Below, piece after piece: positions 20,145 through 28,148 of a stretch of DNA of 64,000 bases. Each line of letters opens with the position of its first letter. Position 1 is the first letter of the stretch. This DNA comes from an uncultured Candidatus Saccharibacteria bacterium. Lineage in GTDB: Bacteria; Patescibacteriota; Saccharimonadia; Saccharimonadales; JALRHH01. The stretch lies in contig CAZXDT010000002.1 of NCBI GenBank assembly GCA_964639295.1, positions 134,896 to 198,895 on the forward strand, written 5' to 3'. A program made the translations under genes and the position numbers. The notes under the pieces are model-generated. The model did no database searches, was not told where the DNA came from, and was given only the letters and a program-made list of their open reading frames with translations.

Positions 20145-22061
20145 ATGCCAACAGAGGTCAAAAAACCAAAAACAATGGAAAATCCAAAACAACAGCTTAT
20201 TGAGCGTATCAAAACAGCAAATAATGTGCTGGTAACAGTGAGCGCCAACCCAAGTGTCGACCAATTGTCGGCAGCTATTGGTTTGACGCTGATGCTCAAT
20301 AAAATGGGCAAACATGCCACCGCCGTATTTAGTGGGCAAGTGCCATCGACTATCGAATTCTTACAACCGGAGAAGACACTTGAGAAGAATACAGATTCTC
20401 TCCGAGATTTCATCATAGCCCTAGACAAGTCCAAAGCAGACAAGCTGCGTTACAAGGTAGAGGATGATCACGTAAAGATCTTCATTACCCCGTATAGGAC
20501 TTCAATTTCTGAGAAAGACCTCGACTTTAGCCAGGGTGACTTCAACGTAGAAGTTGTTGTAGCACTGGGCGTACTTGATCCTAAGGATCTAGACCAAGCA
20601 ATTACGGCTCACGGTCGTATTCTGCATGATGCAACTACTATTTCAGTGACCACTGGACAGCAAAGTGCCCTCGGTAGCATTAATTGGTCTGACAGCAATG
20701 CGAGTAGTCTATGTGAAATGGTAGCTACCACCGCTGATGCCCTACAGGCTAACCTGCTTGATGGTCAGATGGCTACAGCCCTCATGACTGGTATCGTTGC
20801 CGAAACACACCGTTTTAGTAACGAAAAGACTACGCCTACCGCTATGAGTGCCAGTGCCAAGCTTATGGCAGCTGGTGCTAACCAACAATTGGTGGCAAGT
20901 TCGCTCCAAGAACCAACAGAGCTTGGCGTGCCACTACAAGGTCAGCCATCATCACCGGCTGATACTCCTGCTTCACAAGACGGCTCACTCAGTATTGATC
21001 ATGTAGATGGTCTCGATACTGCCGATATGGCATTTGTCGGCGAGTTACCAGATGTGCAACCCGAAGAAGCTCCTGTCGAACAGGTGAGTATAGACGATAA
21101 TGGTACGGTAAATGCAGATTCTGCCGAACCAGATCATGAACAAACGAGGAGTAGTGCCATTCAAGGTGGCAGCTCACTCATCCTTGAACCACCTACACTT
21201 GGTGGGCAATTAACCGCAAACTCTGAGCCAGAACACCTTGATCCATCAACCGACCCACTAGCAGGTGGCGATCATGATAGTCCTATATTGACTCACGACT
21301 CCCCGATGCCCCCTGACGATTCACCATACGGGCCACTGCCTGACCTCAGTGGGACAGAAGATTTGCCAGGTCCAAGTATGACGTTGCCTTCCGAGGCACC
21401 GCAAGAAGAGCCAGTAACCCCTGATGAGACACCTGCAGATGCACCTCTTGAAGATGAATTCTCGCCAAAAACGCTTAGTGATATTGAACAGGCTGTAGAT
21501 AGCCCACACCTTGATGTTCCTGAAGAAGCACAAGAGCCAGCTCCACAACCTGATACCTACCAACCTCCAATGCCAACACCTCCAGCCCCGGAGCCGGAAA
21601 CTCCCGCCCAGCCAGATGAACTGGCCGCAGTTTCAGAAGCTTTGAGTGAAGTAGGTACGCATACAACGCCTGCGCCAGAACCAGATCTTGGCAGTGCGCG
21701 TGATGCCATTTCTGCTGCGCTTGCAGGCAGTAACGAGCCATTGCCGCCAATTGCTGCGCTGAATGCCCAGCCGCTCGATCTAGAAATCAAGCAAACAGGG
21801 CAGACAGGCATTCTTGATCACATTGACGAACAAACAGGCATTCCAGAGTTCAAAATGCCCGATAATCTAGTGCCACCAAACACAGATTTGCCAGTAGATA
21901 ACACTGCTACACAAACCATGGATCCGTCGGCACCACCCCCGGTTCCACCCCCGTTAATGCCCGAGTTTGACCAGAACCAGAACAGTGTTTTGCCACCAAT
22001 GCCAAGCCAAGACCAAAATCAAACGACGCAAGATAATCCCTTCGGTCTTCCGCCGGCATAA
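20145..22061 (+). CDS. degenerate DHH/DHHA1-like (NrnA-like) domain protein with a long Pro/Asp/Glu-rich low-complexity C-terminal region
   Basis: The NrnA-like layout is VLVTVSANPSVDQLSAAIGLTLML ... TGIVAETHRFSN, but the DxD and DHH catalytic motifs are replaced. The final ~390 aa are proline-rich. I chose start ATG 20145; the track starts at 20049. Confidence 0.6.
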   Translation: MPTEVKKPKTMENPKQQLIERIKTANNVLVTVSANPSVDQLSAAIGLTLMLNKMGKHATAVFSGQVPSTIEFLQPEKTLEKNTDSLRDFIIALDKSKADKLRYKVEDDHVKIFITPYRTSISEKDLDFSQGDFNVEVVVALGVLDPKDLDQAITAHGRILHDATTISVTTGQQSALGSINWSDSNASSLCEMVATTADALQANLLDGQMATALMTGIVAETHRFSNEKTTPTAMSASAKLMAAGANQQLVASSLQEPTELGVPLQGQPSSPADTPASQDGSLSIDHVDGLDTADMAFVGELPDVQPEEAPVEQVSIDDNGTVNADSAEPDHEQTRSSAIQGGSSLILEPPTLGGQLTANSEPEHLDPSTDPLAGGDHDSPILTHDSPMPPDDSPYGPLPDLSGTEDLPGPSMTLPSEAPQEEPVTPDETPADAPLEDEFSPKTLSDIEQAVDSPHLDVPEEAQEPAPQPDTYQPPMPTPPAPEPETPAQPDELAAVSEALSEVGTHTTPAPEPDLGSARDAISAALAGSNEPLPPIAALNAQPLDLEIKQTGQTGILDHIDEQTGIPEFKMPDNLVPPNTDLPVDNTATQTMDPSAPPPVPPPLMPEFDQNQNSVLPPMPSQDQNQTTQDNPFGLPPA

Positions 22062-22079
22062 CCCTGTACAATAGGGACA

Positions 22080-22772
22080 ATGCAAGGAATATTATTAGTA
22101 GATAAGCCAAAGACATGGACATCGTTCGATGTCGTAAATTTTGTGCGCAAATTTGTAGCACAGGCAGAGGGCAAGAAGCCTAAGAACACAAAAGTAGGCC
22201 ACTGTGGCACGTTAGATCCGTTGGCAACGGGTCTTTTGGTACTTGTTGTGGGCAAAGAATACACTCGTCGTGCCTCAGAATTCAGCAAGATGGATAAAAT
22301 CTACGAAGTTACCATGAAACTTGGAGAGACTAGCACGACCGGTGACGACGAAGGCGTCAAAACACCTGTATCTGACACAGTTCCAGGTGAAAAAGCCGTT
22401 CTAGAGGCTCTGGAGCACTTCACAGGCCAGATTATGCAGACTCCACCGGCTTTTTCTGCCATGAAGATCAATGGGCAACGCGCCTATAAGCTAGCCCGCG
22501 AAGGTAAAACGGTAGAAATGGAAGCCCGTCCCGTCACTATTCACTCTAACGAACTGACAAAGTATGACTACCCGTACATAGCTTTTACCAGTCATGTTAG
22601 TAGCGGCACGTATATTCGTAGTTTGGTAGAGGACTTGGGCGATAACCTCGGCGCCGGAGCCTATATGACTGACCTCCGTCGCACGCAAATAGGGCAGTTT
22701 GATATTGCAGATGCCATCAGCGTAGAAGGTCTCACTGAAGAGGTTATTAGCAACGCCCTGCAGTTACTGTAA
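22080..22772 (+). CDS. truB: tRNA pseudouridine(55) synthase
   Basis: GILLVDKP...TSFDVV and HCGTLDPLATGLLVLVVG (catalytic Asp motif). Confidence 0.93.
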   Translation: MQGILLVDKPKTWTSFDVVNFVRKFVAQAEGKKPKNTKVGHCGTLDPLATGLLVLVVGKEYTRRASEFSKMDKIYEVTMKLGETSTTGDDEGVKTPVSDTVPGEKAVLEALEHFTGQIMQTPPAFSAMKINGQRAYKLAREGKTVEMEARPVTIHSNELTKYDYPYIAFTSHVSSGTYIRSLVEDLGDNLGAGAYMTDLRRTQIGQFDIADAISVEGLTEEVISNALQLL

Positions 22773-22808
22773 GTTGACAGTGCAGGGGCGCTGGTATAAA
22801 ACGTTCAT

Positions 22809-23111
22809 ATGACAAAACAATTTTCCAAACGCTCTTTCAACACACCGCCTTATAAAAGGCCTTCAGCAAATCACCTCATAGAAGTTGGTAGTACGGTGCC
22901 TGTCGATATGATGACGGGCCGTATGGATTATGGGCCAGATCAAATGACACCTGGAACAGAGAGCCTAGACCTAAAAAGAGCAGCGGCAGGGCTTGCCTTA
23001 CTAGCAGTAGCAGCTTGTTTCCAGGGCGGACCGGGAGTTGTAGCACCAAGAATTAGTGAATCACCTGCGGTAATCCAGGCGCCCGATTTTATGCCCCGCC
23101 CCAAGCGCTAG
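22809..23111 (+). CDS. hypothetical protein with one hydrophobic segment
   Basis: 100-codon ORF. TTGACA-15 nt-TGgTATAAA promoter ending 8 nt upstream of the ATG. AAAGLALLAVAACF hydrophobic stretch. Confidence 0.45.
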   Translation: MTKQFSKRSFNTPPYKRPSANHLIEVGSTVPVDMMTGRMDYGPDQMTPGTESLDLKRAAAGLALLAVAACFQGGPGVVAPRISESPAVIQAPDFMPRPKR

Positions 23112-23176
23112 GCTGAAGCTATCCTTGACAAAATAGCAATAAAATGCTACTATGTCAGGGAAAGTTAAAAACAAAA

Positions 23177-24052
23177 ATGTCAGAAATGCTCCTTGAGCGC
23201 CCAGTAGAGGCGCAGATGTTCGCAGAAACTCTGCACCAGCCTGAAACAACCGACTTCGGGCATGCATTCCATATTGCTGAACAATCAGTAGTAGCTACTA
23301 TGGATAGTTCTGAGTTTAAACAGCTCAGTGAGAAGTGGCGCATTGATCCTACTGACCCTCGAAAGGCTGAATTCTGGCGTGTTGTAGCTCGTTGTGGTGC
23401 GGATGAGGCACAGGAAGCGAGAGAGACAGGCAACACCAGTCTTCAGGTTGATTTGAACGAGATTGCTACAGCCACACCGAACTACGTTTTTAACCAAGCT
23501 AATCTAAACTCCAATAGGTTCCATAGCCGTGAAGCACGTGAAATGGCCAAACAACAAGCAGGGCAGTACAATGCGCTCCTCCGATCATTTACAGAGAAAT
23601 ACCCTGACGCAAATGCCCGCGAAGTCTACTCTGGTTTTGCAAATGTAGCCCGTATTTGCGTGACAGATAAGCGTGTTCAGACGCAAGGTCTTGATGGAAT
23701 CTGGACTTCAATGAGGGGTGCGCGCCAGGAAGTCGACTTTGAAAAGATGCTTGGTATCCTCGGTGAAAGCTTTGAACGAGCAAGTGCCGAGGAGGACCGC
23801 AGGGGTGTTGATTACAAACTACCTAAGGGCCACCTCCGAGTTGACCTCAAATCTTCTCGCAATGACTTTCATAATCACGACAGGAATGCAGATTTTAGTA
23901 TCGAAAACGATCGTGACGGGCAGACCATAAAAGTGCTTTCGCCAATATCTAAAAAAGAACTGGGTGATACACTTGTGGCCCCAGAGGAAGTATTACGCGA
24001 AAAAGCTAAAATCCTCGGAGCCATGCTACTTCGCATAAGGCAGGAAGCATAA
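23177..24052 (+). CDS. hypothetical protein, translationally coupled to the downstream Arr-like gene
   Basis: Long ORF. I chose the start at MSEMLLERP (the track starts at 23144). Its stop TAA overlaps the next ATG by 1 nt. Confidence 0.55.
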   Translation: MSEMLLERPVEAQMFAETLHQPETTDFGHAFHIAEQSVVATMDSSEFKQLSEKWRIDPTDPRKAEFWRVVARCGADEAQEARETGNTSLQVDLNEIATATPNYVFNQANLNSNRFHSREAREMAKQQAGQYNALLRSFTEKYPDANAREVYSGFANVARICVTDKRVQTQGLDGIWTSMRGARQEVDFEKMLGILGESFERASAEEDRRGVDYKLPKGHLRVDLKSSRNDFHNHDRNADFSIENDRDGQTIKVLSPISKKELGDTLVAPEEVLREKAKILGAMLLRIRQEA

Positions 24053-24663
24053 TGTCAGTAGAAACGGGATTTAGCCCTGAACTTCTCCCAGCCGAACCCA
24101 AAGATTCATTGGATTCATTAGAGCGAGGTGTTGAGAGGGCAAGCATGAAGCAAGTACAGGATGTTGGTAGGGAGGCTGTGGAATCGTACTTTCACGGAAC
24201 GGTAGCACAACTTAAAGTTGGTGATGAAATATACCCTGGTGACTATGGAATTATTGATAACAAGGGCAAGAACCATGCCTCAGCTACCACTGTTGAAGAT
24301 GTAGCGTGGAGATATGCTGAATCTAAGGAAAGAATTGGTGGCCCAAGACCAAGAGTTTATCAGGTCGTGCCAGCTGACGGTGAGTCGGTAAAGAGGCTTG
24401 GACCACAGAGAGGCGAGGTTAATAGCCCAGCATTTAAGATAGTGGATGTTGTAGACATACAGCCAGGCATGCAGGGAACTTTTCCCGAGATTAATTGGAG
24501 CAAGTATTCACCATATATCACCGAAAATCATCCGAGAAACCCCCTTTGGACACCTGATTTTGAAGCGTCATCGTATCAGCCAGATTCTCCCGACCAGCCA
24601 GCTCTCCCAGGTCTTGAAGACAGACAGCAGTTCATACCGGAGTCTGAAAAATCGATTATGTAA
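24052..24663 (+). CDS. putative ADP-ribosyltransferase, Arr (rifampin ADP-ribosyltransferase)-like domain
   Basis: YFHGTVAQLKVGDEIYPG ... VAWRYAES ... RVYQVVPADGE ... FKIVDVVDIQ parallels, from my memory of Arr-ms, FYHGTKANLAIGDLL ... AVWGAELA ... YIYIVEPTGPFEDD ... LRIVGVVEDW. Confidence 0.45.
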   Translation: MSVETGFSPELLPAEPKDSLDSLERGVERASMKQVQDVGREAVESYFHGTVAQLKVGDEIYPGDYGIIDNKGKNHASATTVEDVAWRYAESKERIGGPRPRVYQVVPADGESVKRLGPQRGEVNSPAFKIVDVVDIQPGMQGTFPEINWSKYSPYITENHPRNPLWTPDFEASSYQPDSPDQPALPGLEDRQQFIPESEKSIM

Positions 24664-24668
24664 AAAGA

Positions 24669-24697
24669 TTGCTTAACAGGGGCGGGTGTGGTATATT
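24669..24697 (+). promoter_or_regulatory. sigma-70-type promoter of rpsO
   Basis: TTGCTT-17 nt (AACAGGGGCGGGTGTGG)-TATATT. It is followed by a ~65-nt leader containing a GCATTGT...ACAATGC hairpin, a candidate S15 autoregulatory site. Confidence 0.65.
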
Positions 24698-24763
24698 ACT
24701 CCTAACGCCATCGCATTGTTAGTATCTAGACAATGCAAACACTAAGTAAATTCAAGGATAAGA

Positions 24764-25027
24764 ATGATTTCAACAGATAAGAAAGCTAAGATCGTTGCTG
24801 ATCTACAAAAGGACAAGAAAGACACTGGTTCACCAGAGGTACAGGTTGGTATTTTGACCGCTCGTATCGCTGAAATTACTGAACACTTACAGACAAACAA
24901 GCACGACCACATGGCTCGTCGCGGTTTGCTACAACAGGTTGGTCAGCGCAAGCGCCTCCTCAAGTACATCGCATCTAAGGATGGCAAGGGCTACCTAGAG
25001 CTTAAGAAAAAATTAGGCATTCGCTAG
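24764..25027 (+). CDS. rpsO: 30S ribosomal protein S15
   Basis: GSPEVQVGILTARIAEITEHLQTNKHDHMARRGLLQQVGQRKRLLKYI is the S15 signature. Confidence 0.95.
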   Translation: MISTDKKAKIVADLQKDKKDTGSPEVQVGILTARIAEITEHLQTNKHDHMARRGLLQQVGQRKRLLKYIASKDGKGYLELKKKLGIR

Positions 25028-25117
25028 TTTTAGAATTAGACAGGTGGGCACTCATTCATTGAGCGCTCACAATCTAGGATCTACAACTAGACTCTAGTAT
25101 AGAATTTTCATTTAACA

Positions 25118-25172
25118 AGGGTGGCAGAGAGCAGGTTTCCTATAATCTAGGACGCTTGAACCTTGCTACCCT
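25118..25172 (+). promoter_or_regulatory. long hairpin in the pnp 5' leader (candidate RNase III / PNPase autoregulatory stem)
   Basis: AGGGUGGCA pairs with UGCUACCCU (one G.U), extended by AGCAGGUU/AACCUUGCU. It ends just upstream of the AAGGAAGGA SD and GTG 25189. Confidence 0.45.
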
Positions 25173-25188
25173 CTAAGGAAGGAACACT

Positions 25189-27318
25189 GTGGGAACAATT
25201 AACCCCTACGGAAAAGACGTTATTAAAGTAGAAACAGAATGGTGCGGGCGTACGCTTTCACTTGAAGTTAACCGTGTTGGTTTCCGTACCAGCGCATCTG
25301 TTATTGTGCGTTACGGTGACACCGTTGTACTCGGTACAGCTATGGTTGGCAAGAAGCCAGTTAGCATGGATTATTTCCCGCTTTCTATCGACTACGAAGA
25401 GAAGTTTTATGCAGCTGGCAAGATCAGCGGCAGCCGCTTCATCAAGCGTGAAGGTCGTCCATCTGACGATGCTATCCTCATTGGTCGTTTGATCGACCGT
25501 CCAATTCGTCCATTGTGGCCTAAGGGCTACCGTAACGAAGCGCAAGGTGTTGCATCAGTGCTTTCTATGGACCCAAGCTTCCGTCCAGACATGGTCGCAA
25601 TGGTGGCTATGAGCACGGCATTTATGCTGAGTGGTGCGCCATTTGAAGGTCCAGTTGCTGGACTACGCGTGGGTATCAACGAAGCAGGCGAGTACCAGGC
25701 ATTTATGCCTGCGGAGGAGCTTGATAAAGGTGTTCTTGACCTCGTAGTTGCTGGAATTGAAGACGGCATTATGATGGTTGAGGCCGGGGCTAACGAAGCA
25801 ACTGAAGAACAAGTTATTGGTGCTATGGAATTTGCACAGAAGAACATTCTGCCTGCGATTAAGTTGCAGCAAGAACTGATTAAAAAAGTTGGCGTGACCA
25901 AGCAAGAGTACGAATTAGTTCTGCCCGATGCATCTATCCAGGATGCTGTTGATAAGTGGGTTGATGGCAAGCTTGGCAAGAACTTGCAGGCTCCATACCC
26001 AGAACGCAATGAAGCAGTAAACACCCTCCGCGATGCTTTCCACGCTGAATTTACCGATTCAATCGAAGAATACGAGACCTTGAAGTCTGACTATGACGAG
26101 GCCTTTACTATGGCGCTCCACAAGGATGTCCGTAAGGGTATCATCAAGGACGGCACTCGTCCTGATGGCCGTAAACTTAATGAGATTCGTCCATTATCAA
26201 GCGAAGTTGGCTTCCTGCCACGCGCGCATGGTTCAAGCCTCTTTACCCGCGGTATGACCCAGGGTATGAACATCGTAACTTTGGCACCACTCAGCTATGT
26301 ACAACTCGTAGATACCATGGAACGCAACCACGAGCGTCGTTATATGCACCACTACAACGCCCCTGGCTACACTGTTGGTGAAGTACGTCGACTTGGTTCA
26401 GCTGGACGCCGCGAAATCGGTCACGGCTACCTTGCAGAGCGTGCAGTTGCAGCTGTTCTGCCAACAGAAGCAGAGTTCCCATACACTATTCGTTCAGTGA
26501 CCGAAATCATGAGTCAGAACGGTTCAACCTCTATGGCTGCAACCTGTTCTAGCGTTTTGGCGCTTATGGACGCTGGTGTGCCACTAAAGGCTCCAGTATC
26601 TGGAATTGCTATGGGTCTGATGATCGACGGCGACAAGCCATACATCATGAGTGACATCGCCGATGCAGAAGATTTTGCGGGTGACATGGACTTCAAGGTT
26701 ACCGGTACGAGTAAGGGTATTACCGCACTACAAATGGACATGAAGGTCCACGGTTTGCCAGTTTCTGTACTCAAGCAAGCGCTTGAGCAGGGTAAGCTTG
26801 GCCGCGCAGAAATTCTTGAACACATGATTACTACAATGGCTGAACCACGCAAGGAAATGAGCCCGTACGCACCTAGGGTAGAGACTATGCAGATTAACCC
26901 TGACAAGATCCGTGAAATCATCGGTAAGGGTGGTGAAACTATCCAACGTATTACTGCAGAGACCAAGACCGAAATCGACATCAAGGACGACGGTACCATT
27001 ATGATCGCCAGCCCTGATGGTGCTTCTATCGAAGCTGCCCGTCAATGGATTGCTAGTATTGTAGAAGAGCCAGAAGTCGGTAAGATCTACAAAGACCGCC
27101 TTGTTGCGACTGTAATGGACTTTGGCGCATTCGTGCAGATTCTCCCTGGTAAAGATGGCTTAGTTCACGTCAGTGAAATGTCTGAAGACCGCGTTGAGAA
27201 GCCAAGTGATGTCGTCAAAGAAGGCGATCGTGTTGATGTAAAACTTATGGCTATTGATGACCGTGGTCGGTTACAATTAAGTATGAAAGCTGCCGCTCGT
27301 GAACTGGGCAATAAATAG
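25189..27318 (+). CDS. pnp: polyribonucleotide nucleotidyltransferase (PNPase)
   Basis: Two RNase PH domains, a KH domain (IGKGGETIQRI) and an S1 domain (GAFVQILPGKDGLVHVSEM). GTG start. Confidence 0.95.
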   Translation: MGTINPYGKDVIKVETEWCGRTLSLEVNRVGFRTSASVIVRYGDTVVLGTAMVGKKPVSMDYFPLSIDYEEKFYAAGKISGSRFIKREGRPSDDAILIGRLIDRPIRPLWPKGYRNEAQGVASVLSMDPSFRPDMVAMVAMSTAFMLSGAPFEGPVAGLRVGINEAGEYQAFMPAEELDKGVLDLVVAGIEDGIMMVEAGANEATEEQVIGAMEFAQKNILPAIKLQQELIKKVGVTKQEYELVLPDASIQDAVDKWVDGKLGKNLQAPYPERNEAVNTLRDAFHAEFTDSIEEYETLKSDYDEAFTMALHKDVRKGIIKDGTRPDGRKLNEIRPLSSEVGFLPRAHGSSLFTRGMTQGMNIVTLAPLSYVQLVDTMERNHERRYMHHYNAPGYTVGEVRRLGSAGRREIGHGYLAERAVAAVLPTEAEFPYTIRSVTEIMSQNGSTSMAATCSSVLALMDAGVPLKAPVSGIAMGLMIDGDKPYIMSDIADAEDFAGDMDFKVTGTSKGITALQMDMKVHGLPVSVLKQALEQGKLGRAEILEHMITTMAEPRKEMSPYAPRVETMQINPDKIREIIGKGGETIQRITAETKTEIDIKDDGTIMIASPDGASIEAARQWIASIVEEPEVGKIYKDRLVATVMDFGAFVQILPGKDGLVHVSEMSEDRVEKPSDVVKEGDRVDVKLMAIDDRGRLQLSMKAAARELGNK

Positions 27319-27330
27319 GAGCCAAACTTA

Positions 27331-27531
27331 ATGCATAAAGTGGTCCAACGATTTCAAGACAGAGCATGGAAGCATGCGCTTTTCGGCGCAATCATCTTCA
27401 TGATCGCATATGGTCTCGCATCGTGGGCTATAGACTCCGGTCGTTTAACAGCGTATTTCTTGAGCATTGTGTTCTTTATCCTCGGCGTGAGGCAACTCAT
27501 AGGGGCAATTAAGAAGGGCTATGCCAAGTAA
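27331..27531 (+). CDS. small two-TM membrane protein, hypothetical
   Basis: 66-codon ORF with an AGGAG SD 8 nt upstream. Two hydrophobic helices. Confidence 0.5.
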   Translation: MHKVVQRFQDRAWKHALFGAIIFMIAYGLASWAIDSGRLTAYFLSIVFFILGVRQLIGAIKKGYAK

Positions 27532-28120
27532 ACAAGCAGCTCTTGATCAGATTGCGGCAGATATCGTTACTAACAATGTCTGCCCAGATCTGGCCAAGCA
27601 AGCCACTCAACTAGTGTTGGGTGACGGCAATCCAGATGCCGATATCGTATTTATCGGCGAGGCACCAGGCAAGAAGGAAGACGAACAGGGAATTCCGTTT
27701 GTCGGTGCAGCAGGCAGATTTCTAAACGAAATGCTCGCTACCATTGGGCTCGAGCGCCAGGACATTTACATAACAAACATCGTCAAATATCGGCCACCAA
27801 ACAACCGTGATCCTCTTCCCGAGGAAAAACACGCGTTTTTGCCCTATTTGCAGGCCCAGCTAGAAGTAATTAGACCCAAGATCCTCGTGACTCTAGGGCG
27901 ACATAGCACCAATTGCTTCTTGCCGGACTTGCAAATTAGTAAGATCCACGGTCAGCCAAAGCGAACTGAACTTGCTTTGCATGACGATAAGACCAAGAGT
28001 CTACCAATTGTCATTCTGCCGCTTTACCATCCGGCAGCCGCTCTATACAACGGAGGAATGCGGCAGACATTGTTAGACGACTTCGCCGAAATTCCGGCGA
28101 TTCTCAAGAAAATTAATTAA
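27521..28120 (+). CDS. uracil-DNA glycosylase, family 4
   Basis: IVFIGEAPGKKEDEQGIPFVGAAGRFL and the C-terminal HPAAALYN motif. Confidence 0.88.
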   Translation: MPSKQAALDQIAADIVTNNVCPDLAKQATQLVLGDGNPDADIVFIGEAPGKKEDEQGIPFVGAAGRFLNEMLATIGLERQDIYITNIVKYRPPNNRDPLPEEKHAFLPYLQAQLEVIRPKILVTLGRHSTNCFLPDLQISKIHGQPKRTELALHDDKTKSLPIVILPLYHPAAALYNGGMRQTLLDDFAEIPAILKKIN

Positions 28121-28148
28121 AATATTTCTCTTAATCGAAAGGAAAAAT

